3,120 nt of DNA from a phage. The notes under the pieces are model-generated. The model saw nothing but the letters and a program-made list of their open reading frames with translations, did not search any database and was not told the DNA's origin. This document shows positions 1 to 3,120 of this stretch, piece after piece. Location: the sequence record PZ195127.1. One strand, written 5' to 3'. Numbering within the stretch: position 1 is the first letter of the stretch; every line of letters starts with the position of its first letter. Position numbers and translations under genes: made by a program.

Positions 1-6
1 ACCATG

Positions 7-26
7 CCGTCAGGTTTAGGTGACGG
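7..26 (+). other. Predicted 5'-UTR RNA hairpin (6-bp stem CCGUCA/UGACGG, 8-nt loop)
   Basis: Positions 7..12 (CCGTCA) are perfectly complementary to 21..26 (TGACGG), with loop GGTTTAGG at 13..20. Levivirus 5' leaders are highly structured and this structure gates maturation-gene translation. I judged the fold by eye, with no energy calculation. Confidence 0.35.
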
Positions 27-41
27 TATATTCCATATACC

Positions 42-46
42 GGAGG
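42..46 (+). promoter_or_regulatory. Shine-Dalgarno sequence (GGAGG) for the maturation gene
   Basis: GGAGG at 42..46, 4 nt upstream of ATG 51. The spacing is on the short side. MS2 has GGAGG upstream of its A-gene start as well. Confidence 0.6.
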
Positions 47-50
47 ATTT

Positions 51-1223
51 ATGTTTCCGAAGTCAAATATCGATAGAAATTACAAGGTTAAACTTATCTC
101 GTACGACAAGAAAGGGAATCTTGTTTCCGACGACTCATATGAGCAAGTCGAAAACTATCTCTTTCAAAATCGTTCGAGTACGTATAAACCTGGTTATATC
201 CGTCGCGACTTTCGAAGACCGACTAACTTCTGGAACGGCTATCGCTGTTTCAATCAGCCAGTTGGTACCTTCATTCGGAAACTCTCTGATGGTGGGAGAC
301 AAGTTGCTGATTATGGTATCGTGAACCCTAATAAGTTCACTGCCAACAGCCAGCACTTGGGGGACAACATGGTAATTTACCCTGGTCCCTTTTCTATAAA
401 TATTGATCAGCGTGCTTCTGTCGAAGTCCTCAATAAGCTTTCACAATCAAACCTCAATATTGGGGTTGCGATTGCTGAAGCTAAGATGACTGCTTCATTA
501 CTCGCTAAACAATCTATAGCTCTCATCAGAGCCTACACTGCCGCAAGGCGCGGTAATTGGCGAGAGGTGTTTTCGCAACTCCTCATCTCCGAACACCGTT
601 TCAGAGCTCCTGCTAAGGATCTCGGAGGTCGATGGCTCGAACTGCAGTACGGTTGGTTACCCCTTATGAGCGATTTGAAAGCTGCATATGATTTGCTTAC
701 GCAAACCAAACTGCCTGCTTTCATGCCCTTGAGGGTTACCCGTACCGTTGGCGGAACGCACAATTACAAAGTGCGCAACGTCGAGTCTGCAGGGGATACT
801 TGGTCCTATAGCGATCGTTTGTCGGTGAATTACCGAATATGGTACTTCATTTCCGATCCACGCCTCGCATGGGCTAGTTCCCTCGGGCTTCTTAACCCTT
901 TGGAAATCTATTGGGAAAAGACGCCCTGGTCGTTCGTCGTTGACTGGTTCTTACCTGTCGGTAATCTTATAGAAGCCATGAGTAATCCTCTTGGCCTCGA
1001 CATTATTTCCGGCACGAAGACCTGGCAACTTGAATCAAAACTTAATGCGACGCTTCCGGCTTCGGGCTGGTCTGGAACTGCAAAGTTGTCTGCATACGCG
1101 AAAGCATATGACAGATCTACTTTCTATTCCTTTCCCACCCCTTTGCCGTATGTGAAGTCTCCACTTAGTGGACTTCACTTAGCGAATGCATTAGCCTTAA
1201 TCAACCAACGCCTGAAAAGGTAA
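51..1223 (+). CDS. mat: Maturation (A / assembly) protein, 390 aa; pilus-binding virion protein of an ssRNA phage
   Basis: ORF 51..1223 starts at ATG 51, the first start after an in-frame TGA at 21..23, with GGAGG at 42..46 upstream. The translation contains blocks I recognise from MS2 A protein, e.g. [18 protein letters not shown](Y/F)[33 protein letters not shown] and C-terminal YVKSP.S...ALALI.QRL. Size and first position in the genome fit levivirus A protein. Confidence 0.93.
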   Translation: MFPKSNIDRNYKVKLISYDKKGNLVSDDSYEQVENYLFQNRSSTYKPGYIRRDFRRPTNFWNGYRCFNQPVGTFIRKLSDGGRQVADYGIVNPNKFTANSQHLGDNMVIYPGPFSINIDQRASVEVLNKLSQSNLNIGVAIAEAKMTASLLAKQSIALIRAYTAARRGNWREVFSQLLISEHRFRAPAKDLGGRWLELQYGWLPLMSDLKAAYDLLTQTKLPAFMPLRVTRTVGGTHNYKVRNVESAGDTWSYSDRLSVNYRIWYFISDPRLAWASSLGLLNPLEIYWEKTPWSFVVDWFLPVGNLIEAMSNPLGLDIISGTKTWQLESKLNATLPASGWSGTAKLSAYAKAYDRSTFYSFPTPLPYVKSPLSGLHLANALALINQRLKR

Positions 1224-1227
1224 TTAC

Positions 1228-1231
1228 GGAG
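1228..1231 (+). promoter_or_regulatory. Shine-Dalgarno sequence (GGAG) for the coat gene in the 16-nt maturation-coat intergenic spacer
   Basis: The maturation stop TAA is at 1221..1223. The spacer 1224..1239 (TTACGGAGTTAGCCAT) contains GGAG 8 nt upstream of coat ATG 1240. Confidence 0.6.
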
Positions 1232-1239
1232 TTAGCCAT

Positions 1240-1632
1240 ATGGCAACTTTACGCAGTTTTGTACTCGTCGATAATGGCGGTACGGGGAATGTTACTGTCG
1301 TTCCTGTTAGCAATGCCAACGGCGTCGCTGAGTGGCTTTCTAATAACTCTCGCAGTCAGGCTTATCGCGTGACTGCCAGTTATCGTGCGTCAGGCGCGGA
1401 CAAGCGCAAATACACCATCAAACTTGAAGTGCCGAAGATCGTCACCCAGGTTGTGAATGGTGTTGAGCTGCCTGTTTCCGCATGGAAGGCTTACGCCTCT
1501 ATTGACCTGACCATCCCTATCTTTGCTGCAACCGACGATGTGACCGTTATTTCCAAGTCACTCGCTGGTCTGTTCAAAGTTGGGAACCCTATCGCTGAAG
1601 CTATCTCTTCTCAGAGCGGCTTCTACGCCTAA
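1240..1632 (+). CDS. cp: Coat (capsid) protein, 130 aa, GA/MS2-type levivirus coat
   Basis: ORF 1240..1632 translates to MATLRSFVLVDNGGTGNVTVVPVSNANGVAEWLSNNSRSQAYRVT...LTIPIFAATDD...GNPIAEAISSQSGFYA. This aligns along its length with MS2 coat (..FVLVDNGGTGDVTV...ANGVAEW.SSNSRSQAYKVT...LTIPIFATNSD...GNPIPSAIAANSGIY) and matches my recollection of phage GA coat almost exactly. GGAG at 1228..1231 lies 8 nt upstream of the ATG. Stop is TAA at 1630..1632. Confidence 0.97.
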   Translation: MATLRSFVLVDNGGTGNVTVVPVSNANGVAEWLSNNSRSQAYRVTASYRASGADKRKYTIKLEVPKIVTQVVNGVELPVSAWKAYASIDLTIPIFAATDDVTVISKSLAGLFKVGNPIAEAISSQSGFYA

Positions 1633-1823
1633 TGGGTCTGAAAGCAAAACATAAGGAAAACCTATGTTCCGATTCACAGAGATCGAAAAGACTCTATGTA
1701 TGGATCGCACTCGCGATTGTGCTGTCCGATTTCACGTCTATCTTCAGTCATTGGATTTGGGGTCTTCTGATCCTCATTCTCCAGACTTTGATGGACTTGC
1801 CTACCTTCGTGATGAATGTTTAA
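1632..1823 (+). CDS. lys: Lysis protein L (single-gene lysis protein), 63 aa, overlapping coat stop and replicase 5' end in a different frame
   Basis: The ATG at 1632..1634 overlaps the coat TAA (1630..1632) as TAATG. The product MGLKAKHKENLCSDSQRSKRLYVWIALAIVLSDFTSIFSHWIWGLLILILQTLMDLPTFVMNV has a basic N-terminus and a hydrophobic membrane-spanning C-terminal half. It resembles MS2 L in the segment LY V(W/L)I.LAI(V/F)LS(D/K)FT, including the conserved Leu-Ser dipeptide. Position (coat/replicase junction, alternate frame) is canonical for levivirus L. Confidence 0.85.
   Translation: MGLKAKHKENLCSDSQRSKRLYVWIALAIVLSDFTSIFSHWIWGLLILILQTLMDLPTFVMNV
1649..1667 (+). promoter_or_regulatory. Translational operator hairpin (coat-protein binding site / replicase translation repressor and packaging signal) containing the replicase AUG
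   Basis: ACAUAAGGAAAACCUAUGU folds as a 5-bp lower stem (A1649-U1667, C1650-G1666, A1651-U1665, U1652-A1664, A1653-U1663), a bulged A1654, a 2-bp upper stem (G1655-C1662, G1656-C1661) and a 4-nt loop AAAA (1657..1660). This has the same architecture as the MS2 operator ACAUGAGGAUUACCCAUGU (bulged A, 4-nt loop, replicase AUG in the 3' arm). The Shine-Dalgarno-like AAGGA at 1653..1657 and the replicase ATG at 1664..1666 are sequestered in the stem. Confidence 0.8.
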
Positions 1824-3120
1824 CTAAACATCCCTCACTCGGAGACAGTAATTCGGACGCACGCCGTAAGGAATTGGCATATGCCAAACTTATGGATAGT
1901 GATCAAAGATGCAAAATCCAAAACAGTAACGGATACGACTACTCTCATATCGAGAGTGGCGTACTGAGCGGTATACTCAAGACTGCTCAGGCCCTTGTGG
2001 CGAACTTGCTTACGGGTTTTGAATCTCACTTCCTGAACGATTGTTCATTCTCCAATGGAGCCTCACAAGGGTTCAAGTTGCGGGATGCAGCGCCGTTTAA
2101 GAAGATCGCTGGGCAAGCAACCGTTACAGCTCCTGCTTATGACATCGCCGTGGTCGCCGTTAAAACGTGCGCACCGTGGTATGCTTATATGCAGGAAACG
2201 TATGGCGACGAGACCAAATGGTTTCGTCGGGTATACGGCAACGGTTTGTTTTCTGTTCCGAAGAACAATAAAATAGATCGGGCTGCCTGTAAGGAGCCTG
2301 ATATGAATATGTACCTTCAGAAAGGGGCGGGATCTTTTATAAGAAAACGCCTTCGCTCTGTCGGTATAGATCTTAACGATCAAACGCGCAATCAGGAATT
2401 AGCCCGACTCGGCAGCATTGATGGTTCGCTCGCTACTATTGATCTTAGTAGCGCTAGCGATTCCATCTCTGACCGCCTCGTCTGGGATTTACTTCCACCG
2501 CACGTTTATTCATACCTCGCTCGTATTCGTTCGTCGTTCACTATGATCGACGGGCGGTTACACAAGTGGGGTCTATTTTCTACCATGGGTAACGGCTTTA
2601 CGTTCGAACTCGAGTCCATGATCTTTTGGGCTCTGAGCAAGAGTGTAATGCTGTCCATGGGTGTTACTGGCTCATTAGGCATCTACGGTGACGATATAAT
2701 CGTTCCTGTTGAGTGTGCCCCAACTCTCCTTAGGGTACTATCCGCTGTAAACTTTCTTCCAAATCGGAAGAAGACGTTTATAACGGGTTACTTTCGTGAA
2801 AGTTGCGGTGCTCACTTCTTTAAAGGTGCCGACATGAAACCTTTTTACTGCAAGCGGCCAATGGAAACCCTTCCCGATGTCATGTTGCTTTGCAACAGGA
2901 TAAGGGGTTGGCAGACCGTTGGTGGAATATCAGATCCGCGGCTCTTTCCGATTTGGAAGGAGTTTGCTGATATGATTCCGCCGAAGTTTAAGGGTGGATG
3001 TAACCTGGATCGCGACACTTACCTCGTTTCACCGGATAAACCTGGTGTCACATTGGTTCGTATCGCTAAGGTACGCTCTGGTTTTAACCATGCGTTCCCA
3101 TACGGCCATGAAAATGGCCG
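1664..3120 (+). CDS. rep: Replicase beta-subunit (RNA-dependent RNA polymerase), 3'-partial: about 485 codons present, no stop within window
   Basis: Hand translation from ATG 1664 is open to the window end (last complete codon ends 3118). The product MFRFTEIEKTLCMDRTRDCAV...SSDPHSPDF...YLRDECLTKHPSLG...VPKNNKIDRAACKEPDMNMYLQKGAGSFIRKRL.SVGIDLNDQ...DGSLATIDLSSASDSISDRLVW..LPP..YSYL.RIRS...FSTMGNGFTFELESMIFWA...GIYGDDII...RKTF..G.FRESCGAHF..G.D.KPFY aligns block-for-block with MS2 replicase. The catalytic GDD is at 2687..2695 (YGDD 2684..2695). Not in the ORF track, presumably because it has no in-window stop. Confidence 0.95.
   Translation, partial: MFRFTEIEKTLCMDRTRDCAVRFHVYLQSLDLGSSDPHSPDFDGLAYLRDECLTKHPSLGDSNSDARRKELAYAKLMDSDQRCKIQNSNGYDYSHIESGVLSGILKTAQALVANLLTGFESHFLNDCSFSNGASQGFKLRDAAPFKKIAGQATVTAPAYDIAVVAVKTCAPWYAYMQETYGDETKWFRRVYGNGLFSVPKNNKIDRAACKEPDMNMYLQKGAGSFIRKRLRSVGIDLNDQTRNQELARLGSIDGSLATIDLSSASDSISDRLVWDLLPPHVYSYLARIRSSFTMIDGRLHKWGLFSTMGNGFTFELESMIFWALSKSVMLSMGVTGSLGIYGDDIIVPVECAPTLLRVLSAVNFLPNRKKTFITGYFRESCGAHFFKGADMKPFYCKRPMETLPDVMLLCNRIRGWQTVGGISDPRLFPIWKEFADMIPPKFKGGCNLDRDTYLVSPDKPGVTLVRIAKVRSGFNHAFPYGHENG

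Noticed and set aside
135-356. Minus-strand ORF, 73 aa, antisense to the maturation gene
   Set aside because: The window is a positive-sense ssRNA phage genome; its complementary strand is a replication intermediate and is not translated. The ORF is also antisense to a strongly supported gene and has no recognisable motifs.
533-763. Minus-strand ORF, 76 aa, antisense to the maturation gene
   Set aside because: Same reasoning: antisense to the well-supported maturation CDS in an RNA phage whose minus strand is not an mRNA.
1630-1641. Possible coat stop-codon readthrough extension (A1-like, as in Qbeta)
   Set aside because: The coat stop is TAA, not the leaky TGA used by Qbeta-type phages, and the coat frame hits another stop (TGA at 1639..1641) only two codons later. 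No readthrough protein is possible, consistent with an MS2/GA-type rather than a Qbeta-type phage.
1835-2029. Minus-strand ORF, 64 aa, antisense to the replicase
   Set aside because: Antisense to the replicase CDS; minus strand not translated in leviviruses; no ribosome-binding site or motif support.
2055-2276. Plus-strand ORF, 73 aa, in an alternate frame inside the replicase
   Set aside because: No Shine-Dalgarno sequence upstream of its ATG, an Arg-rich low-complexity product typical of out-of-frame translation, and no known levivirus gene at this position. Most likely a chance open frame, though not formally excluded.
2063-2383. Minus-strand ORF, 106 aa, antisense to the replicase
   Set aside because: Antisense to the replicase CDS in a positive-strand RNA phage. 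Its length is most likely a by-product of codon bias in the opposite-strand coding frame.
1-3120. Searched for tRNA, rRNA, CRISPR arrays, IS elements, inverted terminal repeats and DNA promoters
   Set aside because: None seen. The window is fully accounted for by four tightly packed phage genes; sigma-70-type promoters and DNA terminators are not expected in an RNA genome.

Overview
This window is not cellular DNA. It reads as the cDNA of a positive-sense ssRNA coliphage genome (Fiersviridae, formerly Leviviridae; MS2/GA-type, Emesvirus-like), nearly complete and truncated at the 3' end. All four canonical genes are on the + strand in the classic order: maturation (A) protein 51..1223, coat protein 1240..1632, a small overlapping lysis protein 1632..1823, and the replicase beta-subunit (RdRp) from 1664 running off the window end. 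The coat protein closely matches what I recall of the group II phage GA coat protein and is clearly homologous to MS2 coat; this is from memory, not a database search. The replicase start codon sits inside a textbook coat-protein-binding operator hairpin (1649..1667). The replicase is absent from the supplied ORF track only because it has no stop codon inside the window; I translated it by hand from ATG 1664 and found no stop through 3120. I see no convincing evidence of a novel system: this is a well-characterised phage architecture. The only unexplained signal is a 106-codon alternate-frame ORF at the 5' end (4..324), which I consider probably spurious. Minus-strand ORFs are rejected on biological grounds.
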